Below, piece by piece: positions 1 to 9,948 of a stretch of DNA of 64,000 nucleotides (within the stretch, counting starts at the first letter, position 1; each line of letters starts with the position of its first letter). This DNA comes from an uncultured Acidobacteriota bacterium (GTDB taxonomy: Bacteria; Acidobacteriota; UBA6911; RPQK01; JAPXNP01): the NCBI GenBank assembly GCA_963777605.1, contig CAVZRV010000031.1, positions 1-64,000 on the forward strand. Direction: 5' to 3'. Position numbers and translations under genes: made by a program. The notes under the pieces were generated by a model. That model made no database searches and was not told the origin of the DNA. It saw only the letters and a program-made list of their open reading frames with translations.

Positions 1-3
1 ACT

Positions 4-54
4 TTATGCGGTGCACCGCATAACTTGTTTAATGCGGAGCGTACTGTAATGCGG
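4..54. repeat. RIT1 left end: 20-bp palindrome, 6-bp spacer, terminal inverted repeat
   Basis: TTATGCGGTGCACCGCATAA (4-23), CTTGTT, TAATGCGGAGCGTACTGTAATGCGG (30-54). Confidence 0.9.
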
Positions 55-182
55 TGTCAGTGACGGAAAGCTGGGGATGCTCCATGTGACCGGTGGTTTC
101 ACTTCCCGTCAAAGCGGTTGGTAACTCCGCATAAAGGTGACACCCTTCTTCTCCCCTACAACACAAGAGAAGGAGGTTCGTC

Positions 183-1430
183 ATGCTTTCCCATTTCTTT
201 GAATCACCTGCACGGATCCACGAGATTCGCAATGGTCCCTGCGGGGAGTTGTTCGAGGCTTTTGCCGGTTACCTGTTTCAAAACGGATACGCGAAGATTA
301 CAGCGCGCCGACACATCCGATCAGCGGAGCATATCGTTCAGTGGGCGGGCAGGCAGGCCCTGTCCGTGAGCGAGCTGGATGATGACGCTCTGAAACGCTT
401 CGGCCATCACCTTACACACTGCAGCTGTGGCCGGTACTCCCGAGTAAATCAGCGAGATACCGTGACGGGAGCACGGCTGTTCTTGAACCGCTCTCAAGGC
501 GTCGATGCTCCGCCGGTCAAGATGCGTGCCCCCGTGGATCCGTCCCCGGTGCTGTTGAACTCGTTCCGCCGCTGGATGCGCGAGCACCGAGGCACCTCCG
601 AACTTACACTCTACAACTATGGCCTACCGATTCGAGAGCTGATCCGAAGTTTGGGTGAAGACCCGGGTAAGCTGGATGCACGCGGCTTGCGGAGTTTCGT
701 ACTCAGTCAAAGTCGTAACGCCGGATGGGCCAAGGCTAAGCTCTGCACGACGGCGCTGCGGATGTTTCTGCGCTTTTTGATCGCCGAGGGTCGGTGTCGC
801 GCTGGTCTGCTCGGCGCCATTCCCATGCTGGCCCACTGGCGGCTGAGCTCTCTGCCACGATACCTGCCACCCGAAGATGTGGAACGCGTTATTGCGTCCT
901 GTGGCGTGTCCTCTCCGGCAGGTCAGCGTGACCGAGCCATCCTCCTCTTGCTCGCCCGCCTCGGACTACGCGCAGGAGACATTGTGCAACTCCGCCTTCA
1001 AGACATCGACTGGAAGGGAGCCTGGATTCATGTGAGTGGCAAGAGTCGGCGCCAGACACGGTTGCCGCTCACCCAGGAGGTCGGTGATGCCATCGCCTCG
1101 TACCTGCAGGAAAGTCGAGCTCCGTCGCCCACCGACACTCTGTTTCTCCGCTCTCGCGCCCCCTATCGCGCACTGCGATCTCATGCGGCAGTCTCGGCGA
1201 TTGTCGCCAGTGCCATGCGACGGGGCGGCATCAAACGCCCGGGCCGGGGTGCGGCGCACTTGTTGCGTCATTCCGTAGCCAGCTCGATGTTGCGACAAGG
1301 AGCATCCTTGCAGGAGCTTTCCGCGCTGCTTCGACATCGCTCGATCGACACGACCCAAATCTACGCCAAAATCGATGTGGCAGCCCTGAAACAGATCGCA
1401 CAGCCCTGGCCGGAGGTGTCGCTATGTTAG
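183..1430 (+). CDS. RitA-type tyrosine recombinase
   Basis: RDRAILLLLARLGLRAGD, HLLRHS, LRHRSIDTTQIY catalytic motifs. Confidence 0.92.
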   Translation: MLSHFFESPARIHEIRNGPCGELFEAFAGYLFQNGYAKITARRHIRSAEHIVQWAGRQALSVSELDDDALKRFGHHLTHCSCGRYSRVNQRDTVTGARLFLNRSQGVDAPPVKMRAPVDPSPVLLNSFRRWMREHRGTSELTLYNYGLPIRELIRSLGEDPGKLDARGLRSFVLSQSRNAGWAKAKLCTTALRMFLRFLIAEGRCRAGLLGAIPMLAHWRLSSLPRYLPPEDVERVIASCGVSSPAGQRDRAILLLLARLGLRAGDIVQLRLQDIDWKGAWIHVSGKSRRQTRLPLTQEVGDAIASYLQESRAPSPTDTLFLRSRAPYRALRSHAAVSAIVASAMRRGGIKRPGRGAAHLLRHSVASSMLRQGASLQELSALLRHRSIDTTQIYAKIDVAALKQIAQPWPEVSLC

Positions 1431-2333
1431 CTGTTGCCGTCCAATCCTATCTATCCGTCCGTCAAGCCGCCGGCTACCGCCTCAAAGAGGTTGCCCTGCA
1501 CCTGAGAAGCTTCGCCACATACTCCGATGCCAAAGCTCAACCCTACGTCAGCACCGAGATCGCGATTGAGTGGGCGCGGCAATCACCTTCGGTATTCCAA
1601 CGTGCTCGGCGACTGGCAGACGTTCGACGCTTGTGCTCATATCTCCATGCAGAAGACGACCGTCATGAGATACCGCCCCAGGTCTTTGGCAGCGAGCGTC
1701 GACCACGACCCAGTCCTTACATCCTCTCCGCTGAGCAGATCTCCCGGATTATTGAGCTGGCCTCCCAATCGGGCTATCGCACACTGCGCCGCCAAACTTA
1801 CAGCACCCTTTTCGCCCTGCTGGCCTGCACCGGCCTTCGCGTTTCCGAGGCGATCCGTCTCAGATATGGCGATATCACGCCGGATGGGCTGGTGATCCGC
1901 GACTACCAAGTTCCGGAAGAGTCGCCTGGTTCCCTTACACGAGACGGCCCGCGCCGGGCTTGAATGCTACTTGAAACAACGCCGTCCGTATGCCCCTTTC
2001 GACGACCACGTCTTCATCTCCCTGCGGCGAAAACCGCTCCGGCTCTCCGACGTTGAGCGGGCATTCGGAACGGTAGCCGAGAAGATGGGCTTGCCCCGAG
2101 GACAGGGAAGACGACGACCGACACCCCATTCTCTGAGGCACACTTTCGCCGTCCGAGCTCTACAAGACTGCCCGGACAGCCGGGATCACATCACCCAGCA
2201 CATGTTGATGCTCTCGACGTATCTGGGACATAGCAAGGCAGAACTCACGTACTGGTACCTGGAAGCCGTTCCCGATCTCATGCGAAGCATCGCCGACCAC
2301 TGCGAGGCCTACGTCACAGGAGGCAGGCCATGA
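1424..2333 (+). pseudogene. RitB-type tyrosine recombinase, frameshift near 1900
   Basis: ACTGLRVSEA in ORF 1424-1963. TKFRKSRLVPL...HSLRHTF...LSTYLGH...TYWY continues in another frame to 2333. Confidence 0.85.
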
Positions 2334-3353
2334 CCCCACTCGCTCCCCACGTGACCGCTTTCTTTCAAGAACGTCTCACCCTCGAAAGGCGAGCGAGCGC
2401 CAATACCTGTGACTCCTACGCCTACGCCTTCAAGCTGCTGCTGAACTATGCGAGCAAACGCTTGAAAGTTGCCCCCTCCCGGCTCGAGTTTGAACAGATC
2501 GATGCACGCTTGGTGATTGGCTTTCTCAATGATCTGGAGAGCCAACGCTCGAATGCGGCCAGCTCGCGCAATGTGCGTCTTGCAGCGATCCAGTCCTTCA
2601 TGCAGTTCATGGAATACCGCCTGCCGTCCGGCCTTCGAGCAAATCCAGCGTGTACTCGCTATTCCGATGAAGAAGACCGATACGCGCCTGGTGCGCCACC
2701 TAACACAGAAGAAATCCAAGCGCTTCTGGATGCACCTAGACCCATTGACTGGTCCGGCATCCGCGATCGGGCGATGCTGCACCTGTGCTTCGCCGCCGGC
2801 TTGCGCGTCTCTGAACTGACCGGTCTTCGGATCGAGGACTTGTCGCTACATCCTCACGCCAGCATTCTCGTCCGCGGCAAAGGACGCAGTGAACGTTGTT
2901 TGCCGTTATGGAAGCAGACCGTCACGGCGTTGCGAGCATGGTTGGCCGTACGCGGAACCGCTTGCCGCCCCAGAGCTCTTCGTCAATGCCAGCGACGCGA
3001 ACCTCTGACCCGTGCCGGGTTCGAGTACATCTTGGAGAAGCACGTCAAGACTGCGGGCCTGCGTTGTCCATCATTGGCGGCGAAACGCATATCTCCCCAC
3101 GTCCTGCGCCACAGCTGCGCATTGACCATACTGGAAGCTACCAAGGATCTACGAAAGGTCTCTCTTGTGGCTCGGTCACGCCAATATGCAAACTACCGAG
3201 ATGTACACGCGTGTCGACCCGTCCATCAAGCTGGAAATGCTCGAGGCGGCCACCGCACCCCAGCTGCGGTCGGGCCGCTTCCGTGCCAGCGACAAGCTGA
3301 TTGCTTCTCTCACATCCCGCTCTTTTATGCGGAGAGAAGAGCCTTCAAGATAA
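2330..3353 (+). pseudogene. RitC-type tyrosine recombinase, several frameshifts
   Basis: GLRVSEL, RGKGR, SPHVLRHS. IQRVLAIPMKK and WLGHANMQTTEMY fall in other frames. Confidence 0.85.
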
Positions 3354-3383
3354 TGGCAATTCCGGGCTCTCATCGACGAGAGC

Positions 3384-3440
3384 CCGCATTACAATACGCT
3401 CCGCATTAAACACTTTATGCGGTGCACCGCATAAAGTGTT
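3384..3440. repeat. RIT1 right end: inverted repeat, spacer, palindrome, inverted spacer
   Basis: CCGCATTACAATACGCTCCGCATTA (3384-3408), AACACT, palindrome 3415-3434, AGTGTT. Confidence 0.9.
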
Positions 3441-3486
3441 GGTCGTGATGATCAGTGAGAAGCGCTCGTAGGCGCGACTGACCAGC
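3438..3486 (-). pseudogene. IS21-family IstB ATPase fragment at the RIT1 junction
   Basis: Minus strand reads LVSRAYERFSLIITTN, which resembles the IstB YER-S-IITTN segment; only 16 codons. Confidence 0.6.
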
Positions 3487-3492
3487 CGGAAC

Positions 3493-3606
3493 GGCTTTGT
3501 CAAGTTGAGCCAAGGTCAGCGTGATCAGCAAGAATTGTTGAATGAGCGCCAGCTATAAAGGCCATCGTTTCCCTCCGGAAATCATCAGTCACGCTGTGTG
3601 GCTATT
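3493..3606 (+). mobile_element. IS6-family left end with transposase N-terminal stub
   Basis: IR GGCTTTGTCAAGTTG, then from 3542 MSASYKGHRFPPEIISHAVWL, matching the IS6 at 54651. Confidence 0.8.
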
Positions 3607-4027
3607 TGCGACACGAAGTCGTTTGATGAAGTTGTCCCCACGTAGTTTCGGGGACCACCCGTACCACCGGGTGAATCTAGGGGCATGAATCAAGAGCTGC
3701 CCTGACAATGTAACGAAGCGCGACAGTTGGTCGCGCGGGACGCAAATCGCGAGAGGCGTGCCCTCCCGGTAACCACAAACCGGGTGAGTGCTAGATAGCG
3801 GGCAAGGTGAAGCTATCTAAATCTGTGATAAAGATCGTGAACCGCAGCAAGTGTAAGTGGTTGAGACGCTTGACCAAACGGTATTGGAGGCGGGTAGAAC
3901 GTTTAGGGCCTGCGTTCTCGTGGTCCACACGCCTCTCGGTCAATAGCAGACACCTAACCCGGTGCACTTCTCAATCGGAACGTGGAAACCCCTTATCGCT
4001 CCCGCCGCCGGACCACCCGAGACGCCG

Positions 4028-5035
4028 TCACCCTCCAACAATTTCAGGAGTTTCCGTCAAAACCGCATGGCGCAATGATTCGATCGCCACTCGCGTCATC
4101 TCGTGTACTGCAGGAAGCCGATCACCGACGACCTCCGCAAAATCCGGGAGGAAGCCGCGTCGACACAACCCGACCAGCCGATCCCTGTCATTGTTCGAAA
4201 CCGCGTCGCGCTCTCTCGCAAGGAGCCAAAACCAGAGCAACCCGTACCAGACGAAATAGGCATCCATCATGGACTGGAGAGAAATCGACGCACCGGTCCA
4301 GGGCGATTCGACTTTCGAAGCACCTGACTTGCCCTCGGCGATAAGAGAGCCGCCGATCTCACTTACGTCGATCAGCGAGTGAATGGCCTCGTGCAGTAGA
4401 GCAGCAGTCAGGTCATAGTGGCCCGCGACGTCCGGATTGACCAAAACCGTGCGTCCCGGATACCAACTTGAGGAGAATGAGCCGTATCGGGATTCCAGGT
4501 TCGGGACCGATATGGGAACAACGACCTTGGTGAACCTTCTCGTGAATAGTGCCGCAGCGGGAGCACCTCGGTCGAGCAAGCCCATGGCGGCTTCCAACCC
4601 TTCTGGCAAGGTCGTCCGGCTCTCCGCCGCAGGTGCCCCGTATACCGGGAACCGCTTCACAACATCTCCCCGGTTGAAGGGACCTTCAAAATCAATCGCC
4701 AAGGTGTTCTCAAGGAGTGGGCCTTCGCTCAACGCCACGGCCAGCTCAGTCTCGAAAGCCTTACCCAAAAACATCGCCAAGCTCTCCGATTTGCCTCCTT
4801 CCGTGCGGCATAGTCTCAGCTGGAACTCTAACTCCGGCGCCTGCGCGATGCGCAAGACGGAATTCTCCGGAAGATCTTTGACCAGGGCGATCAGCTGTTC
4901 GCCGAGAACCGGCGCTCGTTCCTGGACGAGCCCCAATGAGGCGCTCAGCCGTTCTTCGGCCCGTCGATCGAATTCCTCAGCATACCCGGACCCGATAACA
5001 TCAAGGTCCCACCGAAGAAACTGTTCCAGAGTCAC
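4028..5035 (-). CDS. HExxH-motif protein, aKG-HExxH-type RiPP beta-hydroxylase-like
   Basis: GSFSSSWYPG, LLHEAIHSL, VESPWTG and AYFVW motifs; overlaps the rSAM stop by 4 nt. Confidence 0.8.
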   Translation of the reverse strand: MTLEQFLRWDLDVIGSGYAEEFDRRAEERLSASLGLVQERAPVLGEQLIALVKDLPENSVLRIAQAPELEFQLRLCRTEGGKSESLAMFLGKAFETELAVALSEGPLLENTLAIDFEGPFNRGDVVKRFPVYGAPAAESRTTLPEGLEAAMGLLDRGAPAAALFTRRFTKVVVPISVPNLESRYGSFSSSWYPGRTVLVNPDVAGHYDLTAALLHEAIHSLIDVSEIGGSLIAEGKSGASKVESPWTGASISLQSMMDAYFVWYGLLWFWLLARERDAVSNNDRDRLVGLCRRGFLPDFAEVVGDRLPAVHEMTRVAIESLRHAVLTETPEIVGG

Positions 5036-6228
5036 GTGTCACTCTCAATCTCGAGTGTTTCCATCGCTTTCAGGTACGGCGCGATCGAGGCCCGGACAGC
5101 GTTAAAGTAGTACATCTGGTCGTGGCACAAGACGGACCGCTTGCGCGGGGAAAAGCCGTCGGCTGACGATCTACCAGCCAGGAAGCCACCTCCGCAAACG
5201 TCTTCGTTCGGACAGCCGCGGCACTCATCCGGGATTGACTCGCGCAACCGCAGCAAGCTCTGGAACATCGGATCGGCTGCACGGACCTCGTCGAGGCTGT
5301 GGGTGTGCACATTGTACGGAGTCCGTGAACCTCCGTCCTGGTGGGCCCGAAGGTAGTCAGGATACTCGACTCCCCCATCAGTATTGACCACGAACATGTC
5401 GACAAAATCGTTGCCGACACTGTCTGAATGCTGAAAGCCTCCCATTAGGCGACAGATCGTGTCGAGAAATTGTCGAAGTCGGATCTCCTCCACCCGGTGC
5501 TCCCACCATTCCGAAAACGCGGCAGACATCCACATCCCATAGCGCGGCAAGGCCGCATACTCGGATTCTTTCCCTGTCTCCCATGGGGGAGACGCCCAGG
5601 AGTATTCGATCGGCCACAGCAGGCTCACGTTCCGTACAGGGAGTTCCGCAACCCAGTCAAAGTATTCACGCGGTGTCATGGTCGGATTCATGACGCTCAA
5701 GACTCCGACGCGAGCCTGAGGAAACCCCCAATCAAATACCCGCGCCATCGACTGGATCACTCGATCGTAGGAGCCTTTTCCCTTGTGAGTAACTCGAAAC
5801 CGATCGTTGATCTCCTTCGGGCCGTCCAAGCTGAAGCCAAGAGTAACGTCGTGCTCGCTGAGCAACGCGATCACCGCTTTTGGGGTAGCCAGTCCGTTGG
5901 TCTGCAACGAAACATTGACCGAGACACCGGCGGCACGGACCCGGGCAATTTCCTTGAACAGCTCTTCGAAGTGATCAAAAGGCCAAAGCAGCGGCTCACC
6001 ACCGTGGAGGACGACGTTGACCGAACGACGCCCCTCATCCTGAACGTGCTCAACCAGCCGGCGAACCGCCTTGGTTGCGGTCACGAGGGAACACCGCCGG
6101 GGAACCCGGCCGTATGTAAGATCGGCCAGGTTGAACATGTAGCAATAGCTGCAGTTCAGATTACAGAACGCCGTCAGTTTGAGAATGACGGTCGAGAAGG
6201 GAGCGGCCTTCGCCACACGATCGCCCAC
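5032..6228 (-). CDS. Radical SAM/SPASM peptide maturase, FxsB/cyclophane-forming-like
   Basis: CNLNCSYCY, LHGGEPLL, QTNG, SLDGP, VVNTDG, CRGC-x4-VCGGG...SVLC. Confidence 0.9.
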   Translation of the reverse strand: MGDRVAKAAPFSTVILKLTAFCNLNCSYCYMFNLADLTYGRVPRRCSLVTATKAVRRLVEHVQDEGRRSVNVVLHGGEPLLWPFDHFEELFKEIARVRAAGVSVNVSLQTNGLATPKAVIALLSEHDVTLGFSLDGPKEINDRFRVTHKGKGSYDRVIQSMARVFDWGFPQARVGVLSVMNPTMTPREYFDWVAELPVRNVSLLWPIEYSWASPPWETGKESEYAALPRYGMWMSAAFSEWWEHRVEEIRLRQFLDTICRLMGGFQHSDSVGNDFVDMFVVNTDGGVEYPDYLRAHQDGGSRTPYNVHTHSLDEVRAADPMFQSLLRLRESIPDECRGCPNEDVCGGGFLAGRSSADGFSPRKRSVLCHDQMYYFNAVRASIAPYLKAMETLEIESDT

Positions 6229-6280
6229 GGAAGTTTCACTTCCCCGCCGGACTTGGCCGACTGAGCATTCGGACGCGAAA

Positions 6281-6673
6281 TTAGAACCCGAATCCAGCAG
6301 GACCGCCCGGCAGTTCGGGAAGAACGGGCTGGTCGATCAGGTCTGGAATCCGTCGGCAGCTCAAATCGAACGCCAAATCAAACGACTGAACATCTCCCGC
6401 GTTCGCGATAACGTGCTGCTTGATCCCTTGGAGGATACGGAATCGAGCGGCATCCGCTTTCAATCGTTCGGCTGAGACGGCCTTACCCGAGGCGGTCGCA
6501 CCTTCCTTCGTCCGAACATTGAAATCCATCTTCAACTCGCCGGGATCTCTCGTGATGCTCCGCATCGTCCGGTAGACCTCGTACATCGACTTCAATTCAG
6601 CCGCCTGCTTGTCTAAATCGGAAAGCGTCGCATTCTTGATGTGCATCTCCAAGGCATTGCGCTCATGAGCCAT
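6281..6673 (-). CDS. Putative RiPP precursor (130 aa)
   Basis: GGAGG RBS, first gene of the rSAM/HExxH operon, SFDLAFDLSC repeat near the C-terminus. Confidence 0.6.
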   Translation of the reverse strand: MAHERNALEMHIKNATLSDLDKQAAELKSMYEVYRTMRSITRDPGELKMDFNVRTKEGATASGKAVSAERLKADAARFRILQGIKQHVIANAGDVQSFDLAFDLSCRRIPDLIDQPVLPELPGGPAGFGF

Positions 6674-6832
6674 TCAGGCACCTCCAGGTTGGTTTCCACG
6701 AGTATTCAATAAGTCCCTCCATTTTGTCAATCAATGAAAATGACGACTTCCTCAATTCTTCAGATTACTGACAGAAACGGCAGGGTATTAGCGTCTGACG
6801 ATGGGGCTGGCGTGGCCCGAGGTTTGCAGCTC

Positions 6833-6902
6833 GGGTCCTGTCTACCAGGGGATTCTGAGAGAAAGAGAATCATAAGAGTTCGGTATCGAGCAGCCGTAGA
6901 AA
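6833..6902. repeat. ~65-bp dispersed repeat, copy 1 (probable IS terminus)
   Basis: CTGTCTACCA..GGATTCTGAGAGAAAGAGAATCATAAGAGTTCGGTATC.AGCAGCCG.AGAA, also at 13110-13177. Confidence 0.75.
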
Positions 6903-7513
6903 CTGTGGAAACGGTGGAAAACGGTGAGCGGACGCGAACCGTTTTCCAACAGAATGAAGGCATAGACGCCTTCGGGGAGCTGCGTTCCCAATTTCCTATG
7001 GCACTGCTTCGCCAGCTCCTTCTCGCGGAGGATGATGACCTTGGCGATTCGGGCGTGAGGAGTTCATCGAGGTCAAGGGGATGCACATCCGGGAGGATGG
7101 CTTGCTCACGTTTACGATCGCGAGAATCCGGTTCCCGGAACCCGGCTGGTCGCCAGTCAACTTTGCGGCAGCGAATAGCCATCGCCTTTCATTTGGCGGA
7201 TAAGATTGAATTCCCCGTCATTACGCTCTTGCCTGACGAAGGTTCCGAGGGACGCGTGGAAGGCGTCCTTCAGGTCGGGCTCGGACCGCAAGATGACGCC
7301 GGTCCGGCTGTTGCGGATGAACCTGTTCGTGCATCGCGACTTATGGGCCTGGCTGAACGAGCCGTTCGAGTCCCCGCCCGAGCTCCCTGAGGCCGCTCAG
7401 GCAGCCCTTCCATTCTCTTAACCTGGACAGCAGAATTGGAGGCCTGGACATGGAAAACGCGAAAATCGAGTCGGGAACCCGGTCAGGGCGCGGGAGTCAT
7501 TCTCAAATCTCCG

Positions 7514-7970
7514 CTAATTTGGAGTGGTTTCCAATGGACCCATCAAATCACGATCGATATCAAGCAGGTCGACGCCATCTGCCGCGAAGCCAGTCCCCGG
7601 TGAGATCTGGAATTGAGCACTCCCAATCAACCCACCGTTGTCGTCGAGGGCTTCCAGTTCAACGCTGGCCTTGGCAGTACCGAGATTAACCAACTGGATC
7701 AAACTCGTGCCGTCGCAGCTGACGAAGAAATGAGGTGCCATCAACTCGTCATCGTCTGAAGGTTCCTGTGCGAACAATGAACTGTAAGATTCCTCTGTCA
7801 ATTGATAGGAGAACGCGACGACTGGGGAATCCGATTCGATCATCAAGTAACCCTGGGAGATGTCCAGCGGCGTTCCAATCACCTCGTCCAGAGGACCTGA
7901 AAGGCTGACATGGGGAGCCAGCTGGGCCCGCTGCTCGGCAACAACGTTTCCGCTGGCGTCCTTTCTCCGT
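7514..7970 (-). pseudogene. Fragment of a large secreted/surface protein
   Basis: Protein-like stretch (GYLMIESDSPVVAF, IQLVNLG...VELEALDDNG) without a credible start, bounded by an IS6 end. Confidence 0.4.
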
Positions 7971-8004
7971 GGCAAATGCAAGCGGATTGAATACGAAAAC
8001 GTAG

Positions 8005-8081
8005 GATGTGACCTCCGCCTACTGAGAGGGAGGATCGCTGGCCCTTTTCTCGCCCTCAGCGAGTTAAGTTGACAGTACCCC
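8005..8081 (+). mobile_element. IS6-family right-end remnant
   Basis: GTGACCTCCGCCTACTGA resembles the last codons of the IS6 transposase at 55327-55344; IR GTTAAGTTGACAGTACCCC. Confidence 0.7.
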
Positions 8082-8333
8082 AAGCGATACTCGAATCGTC
8101 CGCACTGAGTTCGCCCCCGGGGACAACTTCGGGATTGACTTGAGGACTCCGTGGGGGGAAACTGAGAGGCAATTCACCAACGCGTTAAGAACCCCAGCAG
8201 TGAGGCTTGCAGGAATCTGAAGGCAGTTCTTGCGTCGATGTCTACCAGGCGAGTTTCGGGACCTCGTTTCTTGTCCGCGGCTTACGCCACCTGGGATTAT
8301 TCGAGGCGGGAACGCTGCTGGCTCGAGGACAAT

Positions 8334-8984
8334 ATGCATGTCGGCCTCTTGATATCGCTGATCCGGGATTCTGCGAATCTGACCCAGGATGAAAAGGAGA
8401 GCATAATCGAGGCTCTTCAGCGGGCCGCTCGCCGCTCACAGCCTCGACCCGGCGCGACACGTCTCCGGGATCTGAAGCCGGGGCTTCAGTCTGTTTCCGA
8501 ACTCGTTCGCTTCTGCCGTTCAGAGCCGGGCATTCGACGTTGGTACGTGGCTCGACTATTTCGGGGAACGGGAGAACCCGCTGAATCGATGACCTTTCTC
8601 GACCTCTATTTCGCCCCGGCCGCCAAGACACTACTTAAAAATCTGGAAACCCACCTGGGAGAAAGCTTTGACACCAAGAAGGCCGAGGCTTTCTTCCTTG
8701 GGCTCCGCAAGGACAATCTGGAATGGTGGGAGGAAGAGGACTTCGAACTGCCGGCTCATTTGACGCTCGGGGACTTCCGCGCGTTTCTCATCGACTTCAG
8801 CGGCTATCCGGGCGACCAGCCGGTTGAAGAGGGAATGGTGTTTATCGAAATCTCCGGACCCGGGCGCATCCGGTTCGTCCAGTTTTCTCTCCAAGCTCGG
8901 GAAGTTGGGAAGGCAGTGATGTCCCGGCTGATGTCTCAGCCCGGATCGGAAGGGGAAGCAGATGGCCGCTCTGAACCACGTTAG
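8334..8984 (+). CDS. Hypothetical protein, first gene of the MBL-patatin triad
   Basis: Long ORF; GAGGA RBS before ATG 8334; overlaps the next gene. Confidence 0.65.
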   Translation: MHVGLLISLIRDSANLTQDEKESIIEALQRAARRSQPRPGATRLRDLKPGLQSVSELVRFCRSEPGIRRWYVARLFRGTGEPAESMTFLDLYFAPAAKTLLKNLETHLGESFDTKKAEAFFLGLRKDNLEWWEEEDFELPAHLTLGDFRAFLIDFSGYPGDQPVEEGMVFIEISGPGRIRFVQFSLQAREVGKAVMSRLMSQPGSEGEADGRSEPR

Positions 8985-9948
8985 GCTCCACGTCGTCGAT
9001 GTGGATCACGGCGACGCGATGATCCTCGAACTTCCTGATTATGGCGGCTTCGCGCACTTCGGCGTGATTGACACCGGACGTCCGGAACGAACCTACCGAA
9101 GCAGGCTGGCCGATTACCTGGAGGAACTGGTGCGGCTTCGAAACGTCGGCTCGACGTTCGCTGTGGAGTTCGTCTGCATCACGCATCCCCATGAGGACCA
9201 CTACGGGGGGTTGGGCCACTTACTGGATCGTTTCGAAACCCGGATCCGCCAGTTCTGGGATTGCGGCTTCCGGACTTCGGCGGCGACGTACAACAAACTG
9301 CTCGACCGAATTGCCGGAATCGATTCGATTGCGTACCTCCGGCTTGCCTCCGGATTCGAGGTGGAATTTGGGCCCACCCGGATCGTTGCCCTCGCTCCGT
9401 CTCTCGACCTCCGAAATCGATTCGATACCTACGGAGTCGATCGCAACAACGCCTCGGTGATCATACAGGTTCGGTTCGGCAACTCAGTGGCGATTCTGGC
9501 CGGCGATGCGTTTTTCGACTCGTGGGGAAAGGTGGCTGAAGAGTTCCCGCGGCAAACCAAGATCACGTATTTCCGGGATGCGCAGGTGGACCGGTCGGAG
9601 GGTACGAATCAGCTCAACTGCCAGTTGCTCAAGGTCTCGCATCATGGAAGCAAACACGGGACGAGTCTCGAATACCTGGAAAAGTTGAACCCCTCTCATT
9701 TCATGATCACCTGTGCCGACCAGCAATGGTACCTAGCCTCGAAGCCCGGTTGGGGTACTGACTGGCCGCACCCGCTGACGCTCGAGACCATTGCGGTCCT
9801 CGATCCGTCGGCCGACGTTAAGACGTCCGCCCAGGACGGCAACGTTATCTACGAATTGACCGGGACTCGGACGATCCGTTGCCAGCCTCCATTCAAGATT
9901 CCGCCGGGCGACCCCCAGTTTGCCGGCGAACTGCAGGCGAGGATTTGA
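8962..9948 (+). CDS. ComEC/Rec2-like MBL-fold metallo-hydrolase
   Basis: VDVDHGD, IDTG, THPHEDHYGG, NNASV, LAGD, KVSHHGS motifs. Confidence 0.88.
   Translation: MAALNHVRLHVVDVDHGDAMILELPDYGGFAHFGVIDTGRPERTYRSRLADYLEELVRLRNVGSTFAVEFVCITHPHEDHYGGLGHLLDRFETRIRQFWDCGFRTSAATYNKLLDRIAGIDSIAYLRLASGFEVEFGPTRIVALAPSLDLRNRFDTYGVDRNNASVIIQVRFGNSVAILAGDAFFDSWGKVAEEFPRQTKITYFRDAQVDRSEGTNQLNCQLLKVSHHGSKHGTSLEYLEKLNPSHFMITCADQQWYLASKPGWGTDWPHPLTLETIAVLDPSADVKTSAQDGNVIYELTGTRTIRCQPPFKIPPGDPQFAGELQARI

Larger units (their letters stand above)
4..3440 (+). mobile_element. RIT element 1 (three tandem tyrosine recombinases), degenerate
   Basis: Three overlapping integrase genes between 25-bp inverted repeats (30-54 / 3384-3408, one mismatch). 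The palindrome TTATGCGGTGCACCGCATAA lies outside both ends. Confidence 0.9.

Noticed and set aside
3693-3710. GAGCTGCCCT motif shared with ~14798
   Set aside because: Only about 11 bp in common; too short to call an IS end.
6734-7421. ORFs 6734-7390 and 7206-7421 as intact genes
   Set aside because: They span a repeat junction and appear to switch frames; probably remnants, with no recognisable family.
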